Source: Octopus sinensis
Taxonomy: Eukaryota
NCBI RefSeq assembly: GCF_006345805.1
Contig: NW_021835990.1
Span: 366,824-430,823 of the forward strand
DNA: 64,000 nt
Reading direction: 5' to 3'
The translations under genes were made by a program, and so were the position numbers. The notes beneath the pieces were generated by a model that ran no database searches, was not told the DNA's origin, and was given only the letters and a program-made list of their open reading frames with translations. This document shows positions 33,470 through 45,601 of this stretch, in pieces. Position 1 is the stretch's first letter. The number at the start of each line of letters is the position of its first letter.

Positions 33470-36400
33470 AAAATTTTTCTTTTTTTTATTTCCATCGAGT
33501 CCAAGAAGCCTTCTCGCCTTGTCTTCTTGCTTTTGGGGATGAGAAACACGGGGACTCCCCTTTCTGTTGATTTTGAGTCGTTGTTTGATAGCCTATAGAT
33601 TTAAGGAAAAATTAAGTCACATGAGTCACAATCATCTTCTGATAGTCATTCTTGACAGACATAAACAGATCTAACCAACTGAACATTCGATCGTGGTATT
33701 CCAATGTTGGAATTGTGATGGAAAAGTTGCTAAATTCCAAAAACTTGTTATCCAAACTCTGCAAAATTATCGATACAAAACAACCTTAAAACTAATTAGA
33801 AGGGGAACTTGAGTGATCTTGACGTACACAAACTGCATGTTGGAGGCTGCCCTGTCCTGGGGTGAGTGGGGAGGGTACTTTCATGATAGTCACGTCGTCC
33901 CGATATTCGGTAGACCCACTCTCCTTACTCCGCTTATTCTTTATGGATATCCCTACAAATGAACTCATCGACACACCAGATGACTGACTGAAGAAGAATT
34001 GAACCACCAACAAGTAAAAGTCATAGGTGAGGTAGGCGGATGTGGGAGCTACATTGATCTCCAAATGTTCCTTCATGGATATTCCCCCAACTGGGACTCC
34101 CTCCCGACAGTATATCCGCACTGAGGGACTGTGGGCAGATGGGTTCTCCTCGTCCGTAGGAATAATCACGTCCTTCAGAATAAGTGAAGACACAACTCTG
34201 TAAAACGAGTTGGGATGCAGATCCGACACCTTAAACCAACCCAAGTGAAGTAAATGTGACTTGGTGTCGTCTGCAGACCCAATTTTGTTATATCTAATCA
34301 TGCCAGGACAGAAAATGACAGAAAGTTGCTGATAATGACATTGAGTTGACTATCGTCATGAGTGATAGTCCACTCTGCGTGCTTGAAACATATCTCGAGG
34401 GTGTGAAGTGGGGGAGTGAGGTCTGGGAGGGTCAGTGAGTGTGCTAGCAATTGATGTCTCCTCTTATTATAGCAACTAAGAATACAACAAGGAGGACTGA
34501 TACCACAACATATGTGACAATTCTTGACTTGTGCTGTACAACTCCTTTCGAGTAGATTTGATTCGATCCCTCAGTCTGGTGAGTAGTTCACACCGCCCGC
34601 CATGCTCACGAACCAGAAAGTAATGCTCTCTCTCCAATTTCCTCCACTCCCCTGCCAACTCTCTGCACTTGTCAATACAAACAGACCTGAGGACGTTCTT
34701 CAGTTCGAATATACGATTAAGGTGTTCCGGAAGTGTACACAAGTCGAGTTGAAGTCTCATTTCCTGCAGTCTGTCCAACGACCTTTTACGTTCGGGGTCA
34801 AAGTAGAGAAGGAGGTTGTTCACAATGTCAATAATCACCGAATATTGCCATTTGTTAGTCGATATTGACAGGTCGTGGTGAAGCATTGTGAATGTCTCCA
34901 GACTGTCCTCGTCCTCGGAGGGAGGCTGGCCATCACTCACCAACAATTCCTCGATGGCCGCGTAGGACGAGTAGAATATGTCACAACGACACCTCGACAC
35001 TATTCTCTCCAGATTGCCCCCTTCGTTCGCATTGGCAAAATACTGCATAAATATGGCCCACTCACCTCCATTGAGTCGATAGTCCCAATCCAACTTATTT
35101 TCGACCTCAGAACGTTGTTCTTCCACACCAATCCGTGCTCACGTTGGAAGAACTGGGCTTTCCTAGCTACAGCCATAATGAAGCCCGATTGGACCACCAA
35201 ACTCAATTGGACATTCCTAAATTCGACTGCACTCAGTCAGTCCACTCACCTAAACAATTCCGACTTGTCACATCATTACTTCCACACGACTTTGGTCCTG
35301 ACAGATCATCCACCAGACATGTCTGTGTCTACCAATCAACACATTCCATCACTACGTCTCCAGTCACGTAAAACTTGTTTTCCACGTCGGCCACCAGTCG
35401 CTCCAACAAGTCCGGAGTCCACTCATCCTGCTCGACCAACTCCTCTCTGGATTCGACCACCTCCTGTTCGTGTCGTTTAATGCAGGAGATTATCCCCGAA
35501 AGTAAATTACGGCGGAGAATGACCCCTCGTTGGTAGTGATTCATCAACTCATAAAATACGGCTCTGTTCTCGTTAGTTCACCTCACCACAGTGTCCTTCA
35601 CTATTACATTGTGTTTGTGCTGAATGTCAATATAACTACATGCCTGGTAGGTTGACTCGATCTCCGTGGAGGCGGTGGGGGGAGACAATCTGGTCTCGAT
35701 GGGGGAGTGGTAATATCGCAGTCTAAAACGTAACCAAAAACACTCACGAGTCAAACTTAATCAGAAAATTGGCTTCATCACGTTTATTACCGAACAAGTC
35801 AACGTTGACCCTCTCCTGTATGAAATGAAAAGACTTGATTTTCCACACAGTGACTGGTCGTCTGAGTACATTCCCTTGGAGGGGGAGGACAGAGTAGTCC
35901 AGGCAACTGTCCAAGGACACGGAACCCCCCTTTAGTTGTACCCATCCACCATTTCCCCCGTCATCCAGTATTCAATCACAAAACTGTCCAGATTCATAGC
36001 AATGTTAAACTCTCTACTCATAGTGGAATATATCACCTGAAATGGCGAGAAAGTTGTATTCTTTTGTAGAATGGTCGTCCAAAGAGAGGACCCAGGCGGA
36101 TCGGACGGGTGAGTTGTTGGATTGTTGTCTACAGGTGGTCAAGTGAGGACAGCAATAATGTCGAATATCCAATTAATCGACCCCGAATAGAATTTGAGAG
36201 ACGAGAGAGAAACATTACTCGAAATACTCAACTTGACATCCATCCCACTCGACCTGAAAGCCCGAAATGTGTCGTGTGTCTGCATCACTCAAATATTCTC
36301 ACCAAAACATCTACGACGTACTTCCGGTGGATTGGAATCACCGTAAGCATCACCAGGACATATCCAGGAGACTTTGGCCCTACCACTCAGCCAAAAAACA

Positions 36401-37810
36401 CCACTCAAAGCAGGCATTCGGAATATGCACCAGTCGATAATCGTCATAACTCGAGGCAGTCTTGCAGTTTATTTGCAAGTCTCCGTTCAACACAAACTTC
36501 CCTGCCATGAACTGATGAGAGTAACCACATGTGTTCTCAAACACGAGAGACTCCCAGGACCACTCGATGAACTCAGCCGAGTTGTATGGGTCATTCGTAA
36601 GGCGGTACATCAACGATAACTTTAGTCGGGCTCTCCAATTTCCGTGAAGAACGTAGCGGAACATGTCGAACCAACTCAACTTGGGACTGCAATCTCGACT
36701 GGGCGACGTTATCAAGTCAAGGCAGTGGAAAAATTAGAGCGAAGGCTCGATGCTGGGTCCGTAGGCCACTCTCACTTGCCCCGACTCTACCATCCACGTA
36801 TACAAATACTCGAATCGAGGTCGTAGAAATACTTGAGGGGGCACAGTGACTTTCGAATCTCGAAATCCCCGAATGGAATGACGACTTGTTCTACCAGTAG
36901 GCACACTAATCTACTCAAATATGCCCCCGTCAGTTCTGCCCCTCTCAACAGTCCCCAAAATCGACAATTATTCCAGACGATAAGGGGCACGGAATAGTCC
37001 CGGAGAGCACTCCTCATTTCGTCAAACTCAAAAATGACATAACGACAAAAGAGAGTGCTGAATGATGTCTCCCCACCGTCAAAACTACTCCTCGCTCACA
37101 CAATCCACCATTCAGGCTCCACTCGCTTCATAAACCCCAGAATATTATCCTCCCCAAAAACGGAGGGGTCTGACAGGGCTTTGAAAGAGACCCCCTCCAG
37201 ACTGATCCGACAGAGGGTTTTGATCCCTTCTTGTTGCCGACGGTGAATCCCCACCCGCTCAATGTACGCGGAGGAATTCTTTTGCTCCACTGTGGCGTAC
37301 AATTCATCCATTTTGTCGACTTTTATGACACACAACACTCACTCGACATGCTTGCCCCCATTTCCTGCAGTTGTTTTTCCAGAATGACTGATCTCTGCAC
37401 CTTTTCCACAAACTCATCACTCAGTAACTGGAATATGACTTATTCCCTACTCTGAAGTTGCTCAATATCCTGTTCTCGAATGGGTCGTCCTCGAATACCA
37501 CAGAAAAGTGCTGGGAATGATAAGGACTCGCACATTTATGCTGATATTCAAGTCACTCATCAACGTCGGGGCTGAATCGGGGACATTTCTCAACTTTTTG
37601 TGGACAATCCTCATTATTTTAAAGGCGTCCTTCAACTGAACACTCACAATAATAACTACCGCCACAAAACAGGCATCAAAGTTGTAATTAAATGGAAAAA
37701 CCACGTGAAATGACCCGAACGTGTAATCTCTGACAATATGACACCAATACCGCGATATCACATAACGACAGTTCAGTCCAGCCAGACTTGTCATCTCATC
37801 TCCCAAAATC
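33470..37810 (-). pseudogene. BLTP2: BLTP2/KIAA0100 (hobbit/Fmp27) lipid-transfer protein, C-terminal half, 5'-truncated
   Basis: Colinear motifs FGSFHVVFPFNYNF, LRDYSVPL, TNDPYNSAE..TASSYDD, IIDIVNNLLL, PVGGISMKEH.EINV.P, TLEYHDR..SWLD, EDKARRLLG. Many 22-28 nt introns. Confidence 0.88.
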
Positions 37811-37821
37811 TACAAAAAACT

Positions 37822-38216
37822 AAAAGTCTGCACGTCGGCCAGTCTCTTTGCGGTAGTCCAAATTCCGTGACATGTTCCTACTTTCCGTAATCAAGTCAAA
37901 CAGTTCAGAGTTGGTCAAATTCGATCCCAAACAATAAAAGTATTTAAAATATACTTTTGAGTATAAAAGACATCGGTTGGCCACCTCAGCAGCACTCCCA
38001 AGCGCCATTTCCAGTGTATCCCCATTCAATAATGCGGGGAAAATCGATGATTGAAAATTTTTGACCAATTCCAATTCCCCGCGACGTTTTATTTCAAATC
38101 CCTGAATAACTTTGAATTGACACTCAAACTTTGAGCTCCACCAGTTTTTTGATGTGATCAAAGACGGCGTACCGTTTTTTGAGTTCCTTCCCCTCGTCTT
38201 TGGCCGCGGGCTCCAA
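37822..38216 (-). pseudogene. POLE: DNA polymerase epsilon catalytic subunit fragment 2 (thumb region)
   Basis: [58 protein letters not shown]. Confidence 0.9.
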
Positions 38217-38344
38217 ACACTTGCCATTCCTACATTCAAAACCAATTCCTACCCGATTCGGAACAACTTGGAGGCCGAGCACGACATCCGCCAACCTCAC
38301 AGTAAACCAAGTCTCAGCACTGCGCGTGTCAACCACCAAATACT

Positions 38345-39612
38345 CAAAAAAGCCCCGGCCAATCGACGGGCAATACACTGGACAGTCGTCTCAGGCCCGT
38401 ACTCTCGTCGGATGTAGTAGAAAATGTTTGTTTTACTCCCGAGCCGAGCGAGTTCTTGTCGAGAATGTCCGAATCAATTCCGAGTGGTCAATGTAGCAGT
38501 CTACCCATCACACTACTTGCCAACACGAGTCACACAACTCTTCATTGCCCGAATAACTCTTCCCTTTGGCCTGGATGTTGACGGAGATGTGTTGATTCGA
38601 CTCAGTGGGTGACTGAGGAGGTAACTCATCATCTCCTTCTCAGTCCAAAAGTGACCGGTGTCAGAATGGCGGATTGGGGGACTGGAGGACACTTTGTTGA
38701 CCCCCCTCATTGCATTCAACAGTGAGATTACTTGGGGTTGGAACACGTCCTTCCTGGTGAGCAAATACAGGCCTGGAATGAGCGGAGGGACTACCACTAA
38801 TGAAATCCTGTATTTCTGCCGTCAAAGGCTCTCCACTCTTGTGGGAGATCATGTTGGACGTGGAACCCATCAACAGGAGTGCCTCACTCCTTGCCTGTTC
38901 GCCCTGAGGGACGTGAATGTTCATTTCGTCTCCATCAAAGTCAGCATTGAAGGGAGTGCAACAACACTCGTTAAATCGGAGTGTCCTCTGCTTGCCAATC
39001 TTGAACTACGATGTCAAGACAGTCCTCACATGAATACTCTCCCTGTGGAGAGAAGGCTGTCGATTGACAATATCCCCTAATATGCCTCAACACTCTATCC
39101 CCCACTCGCAAACCACACGCCCTCTGTCCACGTCCCCGTACCGCAGATTACTACAGTCACACAGTCCCCCTACACTGATCGCCCATTCGCCTTGTAGATC
39201 ATAACAGCAGAGGGGTGTTGCCGCCGCACTATTAGTCTTCTCAACTCCTCAATGTTGGTGTCCATCACATACTCGGGATACGTCTCCGCCATGGGGGACT
39301 GACACTTGGTCTATTCCGGGTCGGGTGATATGACAGTCCTCCCCGTGTAGTTCACCCTCTTCCCGTTATTCCGAAAACGTCCTTGCTTGCCTTTCAGGCA
39401 AGTGAAGTATGACCTCACGAGTTTGGGTGGTTTGTATTCCTTGGGGATGCCGGCCATATTGCTATTAATGCAACACTCGTATTGCAATGTGAGGTAGTTG
39501 GTCTGCAATCCACAGAGAGGACAACCATTTGCTGTTTGAATGTCATGTTGGGGAATGCAAAGTAGTCGTTGAGGGACATGACGTGCATTAATTTCACTGT
39601 CAGGTCGTCTTG
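38345..39612 (-). pseudogene. POLR3A: RNA polymerase III largest subunit fragment, degenerate
   Basis: DDLTVKL, LKGKQGRFR..GKRV.YTGRTVISPDP, CTPFNADFDGDEMNIHVPQ..ARSEALLLMG, GEPLTA.IQDF, DKNSLGSG.KTNIFY. Deletions and frameshifts. Confidence 0.87.
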
Positions 39613-39779
39613 TCAATCCAATACTCACTCGTCAGAGGATGTGACGGCCGGACGAATGGAGGTACTGCTCGGAAATACATGTTCTCCGTCCGAGTCCTGC
39701 TCCTCACATTCCCCGCAACCAGTCCAAAGTCCTTCAACTCAACCAAATCGCCCACTCTGGACGATATCCTCGACAAAAT

Positions 39780-40130
39780 ATTGAACAGCTCAAAGAACAA
39801 GGCAGTACACAGCAGCATAGTATCGAAGAACGAGGCAGTGCACAGCCCGCGAGGACTGCGGAATATCGGGAATATATGTTTCATAAACTTAGTGGTGCAA
39901 TGTCTGTTGAGTGTGAGGAGACTGACGTACTACTTTGGATAGTGTAAGAAGTGAGTGTTGTGCGAACTATTCCACAGTCTAATGGTGGAGGAGAGTGAGA
40001 TGAGTGGAGTGCGGGTATGACCATGACTCAGTGCCAGGACTTTTTAGCCGAGAACTGTGTGTCCTACTCCAAGGGACAACAACACGACGCACACGAGTTC
40101 CTCAACTTTATATTGGATCTACTCAAAAAA
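39780..40130 (+). pseudogene. Ubiquitin-specific protease fragment (Cys box and QxD box)
   Basis: PRGLRNIGNICFINLVVQCL, then GQQHDAHEFLNFILDLL; truncated. Confidence 0.75.
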
Positions 40131-40179
40131 AATGTCATAGAGTAATAAAAATAAATTTGCTTTGTATGTTAAAAAGTTG

Positions 40180-40745
40180 TTTGGATTCTCGATTGACCCC
40201 TCGACCATGTTTGATGTGCATATCAAACCAATTCAAGAAAGTAAACGACACCTTCTAAGCTGCCTTCACATAATAACGCTCTACAACCGCCTCAAACGGG
40301 TCAAGGCTGGTTTGGATGACTACACTGTCGTCCCCAGGACTGTCATAATTGGGGGGAAGGCTCCTCCCGGCTGCAGAATTGCAAAACTCATCATCAAACT
40401 GATATGCAATGTGGCTGTTGTGGTAAACAGTGATCCGGAGACCAATAAATACCTGAGAGTGTTTGTCCTTCCGGATTATAAAAAGTCGTTTGCAGAGAAA
40501 ATGGTCCCTGCAGCTGATTTGAGTGAAAAACTCTCACTCGCAGGAACTAAAGCGTCTGGAACAGGAAACATGAAATTTATGGTTGGTCAGTTGATTTATT
40601 GCCAGTTGAACGTGGCTGTCACTCTGGGGACGTTTGATGGGCCCAATGTAGAAATGGCCGAACAGGTTGGGATGGAAAATATATTTATATTCGGAATGAC
40701 AATCCACGAAGTTAAGGAAAATTACTCTTCTGGGTATTTTGTAAG
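40180..40745 (+). pseudogene. PYG: Glycogen phosphorylase C-terminal fragment
   Basis: MFDVHIK.I.E.KR.LL, VPRTVIIGGKA.PG, AADLSE..S.AGT.ASGTGNMKFM, 24-nt in-frame intron, LN....GT.DG.NVEM, ENIFIFG. Confidence 0.92.
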
Positions 40746-41822
40746 TAAAGAAGTGTAGATACAATCATCGTTTTAGAATAGTGAGAAAAATCTAAATGCT
40801 TCATAATTTATTAAAATATCAAAACAAGAATCTTCTGAAGGAGCAAGCCTGTCTGCACAGTTCATTTGTGATTAGAAGACCTAATTTTAGAGATTGAAAC
40901 GAGAAATACCAATGAGATCTGTCAAATTATTACCCCCTCACAACCTAAACCAAATTAGCGTTCAGTATTCATTGATTTTACTTTTTCTATTAAGGTCTAC
41001 TTATAAATTATTTTATGGGATTCAATGGAAAACTTAAGTTATTTCAATTTTAAATCATGTTATAAATATATTATTTTACTTTACCTTGTTGCTCTATTCA
41101 GGTAACAAAATGGGCGGATTTCAGAATGGGACTGTGACAGAATGTTCACTAGTGACCGAATTTGGGGGGTTTTATGTTTTGGGACAAAAAAACAAGTCCA
41201 TTTCCTCACCCAATCCGTCGCAGAAGAACATTGTGTGGAATAGGTTACATATAAATAAAATCAGTCCGATTTTAGATTATTTCCGATGATTGTAGCAATT
41301 AACTGATTATGTTAAAATAATAACGCAAAATAGATTGAATTTCTTAAATACCAATTAAATTGGCAGTCTCTATGTTCCTCTCTCGGAGTGAATTCCACTG
41401 TTGGAGTGAATTTGAGAACGATCAAAAATAGGATCTCGTTCTTTTGTCATTACTCTAAATTCGAGAGGCTCTAACTTACATTGTATAAGTGCAATGCCTG
41501 CTTCAACATTGTTTAATTTTCAATGCAAAAGAGGTTAAAATGCATATTTTGATAAAATGCAAACTTGAATTTCAAAATTGTAAATTTGAAATTTTTAATT
41601 GCAATTAGAAGTTTGTGTTTTGCAGATGCCATTTGAAGTTTGTACTTGCAAATTGAATTATGCAGATGACATTTGAAGTAAATCTTAATAACCCGAATAA
41701 ACTGCTAATCACAGGACACTGTCAATTAAAGGTCGATATTCAACATAAATCAATAAAACAGCAATAAATTCAATTCTAAAAGAAACACAAAGAAGTATTA
41801 AAACAAAAGTAAAGTTCAAATA

Positions 41823-42880
41823 TCACTCGATTAAACAGACAGATTTCTAAAAAACTAGGAATAACCCACCAACCTCTCTGCTGACATATGAATCATCCCA
41901 ATCCTGCATATTATGGTGATTCTCACTCTCACGCGAACTAAAAGCCTCATGTCCCAATGCTGACAAAGATGCCAAATGAGGTTTAACAACGTTCAAAACA
42001 TAAGCAATGCAATTGGTCAGTTTAGGCAGATCATAACCACAGCAAAACTGCTCGTACTTATATATAGGTCTGACAATTTTCATAAGGACCACCGAAATTG
42101 CGGAAGCCAGCATTGATCTCGGAAATTCAGCAGACACTGAATCCAACAGGACATAAGTTAGCAGCTAAAATGTCACTTCTTGAATACTTTGGAACTCTGA
42201 ATCAGCTTGTACTGGGAATAATTTGGAATATCAATATCGTCAGAGAAATATGACTGCAAAAACAGCTTGAGCCACAGAAAAGGAGTGGGGACTTGAAGCG
42301 CCCAGTCCAAGGCAAAAAGGATCTTAATTTCCATAGCAATCACATCTTTGGAAGTAAAGGCATCTGCTGTCATGCCAGAGTAGTCAGACACACAACAAAA
42401 ATCGTCAGACTCGAATTTTGCTGCCAAAAAGAGACAAGTGATTCCAACAAGTTGTAGTTCAGACATTTTAGTGTTACTCAACGCAAGATATCTGTCCAAA
42501 ATATCAACGGAAAGGTAAAATATTTCCCGGTCGTGTTGAAAAGTTTTGGTCACTTTCATGAGCCACTGAATCAGTTTCGCTCTCGCATAACAGGTCACGT
42601 TCAAGGGCTTGAAGGAATTTGGAGGACAGTGCTTGGACTCAATCTCTAACCACAATTTTATGATCTTGGTTTGCTTGCTCTCAGGTTTAGGATGAAGGCT
42701 TATGAACTGTCCTGAACAGTAGTTTTCCTTATCATTTAAGGACTTGGAAATTGGATTCCGGTGGATTTTCTTGGCTGGTAGCTCATTAAAGGAAGGATCA
42801 ATGTTGAGATTCCGTTTACTTAATTGAGAGAGGCTGTTTGTAGTTTTAGAGTACATGATTACTTACCCGTTGCAGTTCAT
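41823..42880 (-). CDS. Cyclin (E-like), apparently complete, with 33, 23 and 27-nt introns
   Basis: Cyclin box RAKLIQWLMKV...REIFYLSVDILDRYL..LQLVGITCLFLAAKFE..MEIKIL.AL.W.L...TP..WL; ATG at 42880. Confidence 0.75.
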
Positions 42881-43444
42881 TTAAAATATGAGCTTGTACC
42901 TATGAAAGATTAATCATTATTAAAATAATAAAGGCGTAAATAAAGACAAGACAGTGAACAAACCAACAAGAATCGTAAAATATGCAAATAGAGGCGCCTA
43001 AGATTTGATTTTTTGGGTTTACCACAAAATTAATAAAATGAAAAAGAACCTCGGTGTCACAGAATTTATATTATTCTTCATAGCTGTACTCATTTTTGAG
43101 TTTTATTAAAGATTTATGTACAACAAATAAAAATTGGAAAAATGTCAAAATAGGGACTATTCAATTAATGAAATTTCGTGCCCAATTATTACATATTCGT
43201 AGCCGGCCTCTCTTACTTAAATAGACACCAAATGATGAGACTGTTTTTTAATTAAATTTACACTAAATTAAAATGAAGTAGCCTCTCACTTGAGACACCC
43301 GTTGAGATTTTCGGTGTTATTTGTTTTGCATCGAATATATGACATGTTATGCAGCTTTTTGTGAGTCGGCTGCCAGATGTAAGGCGTTTCTGCATGAAAA
43401 AATAAAATAAAACAAATTAACTCATTTAATATCATAATTTAAAA

Positions 43445-43806
43445 TGGAATTCAACAAAGCGACCCTCCGCGCCCAGTCCTATTCTCTTTTGCTATCCACG
43501 AAACCGTAAGATTGTGTAAAACAGATCCAAACCTCAGGTACCTAGATGACGGTCCAACGATTCCCCAAAACCATCGTAGGGACGCTCGAATTCAACTGCT
43601 GAAAATGCAAAAGCGTAAACATCAATACAGACAAAGTTAACTTCAAAAAATGGGATACAGAATTCGATAGATGCTACCTGGAAGACTTGATCTTTTTGAA
43701 AAAGGAGTTGAAGCTGCCACGAATACTAAGGTTTCCGAATTATTTCGCCTTTCGGATAAGCTACACTATGTCGATAGCCAAATTAGATTTTTTCTACTCA
43801 AGAATA
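43445..43806 (+). mobile_element. CRE-clade RT fragment interrupted by a Tc1 at TA 43805-43806
   Basis: GIQQSDP..PVLFSFAIH...RYLDDG, and KVSELFRLSDKLHYVDSQIRFFLLKN similar to the CRE at 3.3-3.5 kb. Confidence 0.7.
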
Positions 43807-44380
43807 CAGTATCGTGCAAATGTTCCGGACCACCCAATTATTTGGCAGCTACGGCTTGACTTTTTTAGACAAATTTTAATATTAAATGAATAAATAACTT
43901 TTGTACTTTTTCTTTTTCCATAAAATTTTACAATATTGAATTTTTAGCAGTCAGTAAATTTTGACCCGTGCATATGTTCCGGACCAGTGATTAACAGCAT
44001 CAAAACAAACCACTTTATTCAATGAAAATATCTTATTTAAAAAATAATTAATAATTAACTCCACCTCCTTTATTCTTTACAACATCGATCATCCTAGTCG
44101 GAAGTGATTTATAGAGATTTTCTATATGAGCATCTTCTATTTCATAAAATTCTTTTTTTTGTAATTGTCCAGAGTTCCTGGAGATCTTCTGGTTCTTTTT
44201 CACTTATTCTTTGTTTAAGTATACACCAGAGGTTTTCAATAATGTTTAAATCCGGTGATTGACTCGGCCACTTTTCAAGTAATTTAACTTTCTTCTGATC
44301 AAGATATTGAATGATGGATCTTGATTTGTGGCATGGGGCACCGTCTTGCTGGAACATCATATTTTGAAAAATGATAGACA
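43807..44380 (-). mobile_element. Tc1-like transposon 3' half (D35E spacing) with IR/DR-type end
   Basis: [26 protein letters not shown]|CAGT terminus at 43807. 20-bp direct repeats at 43813-43832 and 43967-43986. Confidence 0.85.
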
Positions 44381-44614
44381 AAATGATAGACAGGAGAAGA
44401 TGGAAATATGATGAAGATTCCATAAGTCAAGCTACAGTATTACTAAGGTATTAATTTTTTAATACATTTCCAAGACAAGACAATATTCGAAGGTTCCCAT
44501 TATACGATAGATTATCAAACAACAAATATGTTGTGGTAGATCAACAAAATGACATGTACTTGATCGAAGATGAGAATGGTGAAAAAAATCAAGAATTACA
44601 AAAATCAGTGAGAG

Positions 44615-44780
44615 GCTACTTCATTTTGCCACGAAAGATCCCAACGAGTCGATCAGACTCTTTCAAAGGATCTCATTGGCCATCATGCGCGGGAATTGCC
44701 AGTCGATCCGCTGCGCATTTTAACTCTTTTCTGTTGAACTGGTCAAAAATAAAATACTTAAATTACAAAAAAAAATACAA
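44615..44780 (+). mobile_element. CRE-clade 3' tip with short poly(A)
   Basis: ATKDPNESIRLFQRISLAIMRGNCQSIRCAF*, then aataaaa and an A9 run. Confidence 0.72.
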
Positions 44781-45601
44781 AAATTGACTAACGATTTTCT
44801 TTAAAATTTTTCATCTAAATTTTTTTAAGAATTGGAAGCCCGTATAGGGTTAGGGTTAGTTGTTTAAGATTTGAGTTAGGGTTAGGAGCAGACGAAGCTT
44901 TTAAATGGAATCTAGAAATTTTTTTCTATTTTCTAATGTAAATTTTAATTATTATCTCAATTTTAACCGATTTATTTACAATTTTAAATCATTATTTTTT
45001 AATGGTTAACCAAAAATCAAATAGACTTCTCGATAATCAATAAAAAATGTTGATGTCAGTGGAATGTTGGTTTTTTCGAGATTCTGCTTTTTTCAACAGG
45101 TACCAAAATTATTAAAAATGTGTTTAAAGTGAGACTTAGAAAAAATTAACATGTATTTTGTATGGTAATATTGCTCAAAAATGAAATTTTGAAAGTGTCC
45201 ATTTATTCGCGTGTCCATTTATCCGACTGTGACATAAAACATCCAATCCAATCTATCTATCTTTTTTTCACAATAACCATCAAAACAATAAGGAAGTGAA
45301 AAGATAGCTAAGCTAATTACTGGCCTCACGAGACACCCGGCCAGCCTCGCGAATGGCGAAGCCGATCTTTTATCTATCCAATCTTTTTATCTAAATTTAT
45401 ATTGTGAATGAAAACAACAATAAAATTATTATATTTTAATTTTTTAATAATTATGTAAAATTTTTTAAAATAATATAACCTTAAATTCTAAAAAGAAATA
45501 AAATATAGAACAATCGTGAATAATTTTACAATGATTTTCTTGGTGTTTCACTTTTCCTAAACACCTAGATTTTTTCGATTTTGTTTTTTCTTGCACGTAC
45601 A

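Noticed and set aside
34602-36826. Plus-strand ORFs such as 34875-35480 and 36109-36510
   Set aside because: Antisense to BLTP2 exons, with no motifs of their own.
44845-44886. Telomere-targeted insertion of CRE elements
   Set aside because: TTAGGG is not at the junction, and the other CRE copies have no such flank.
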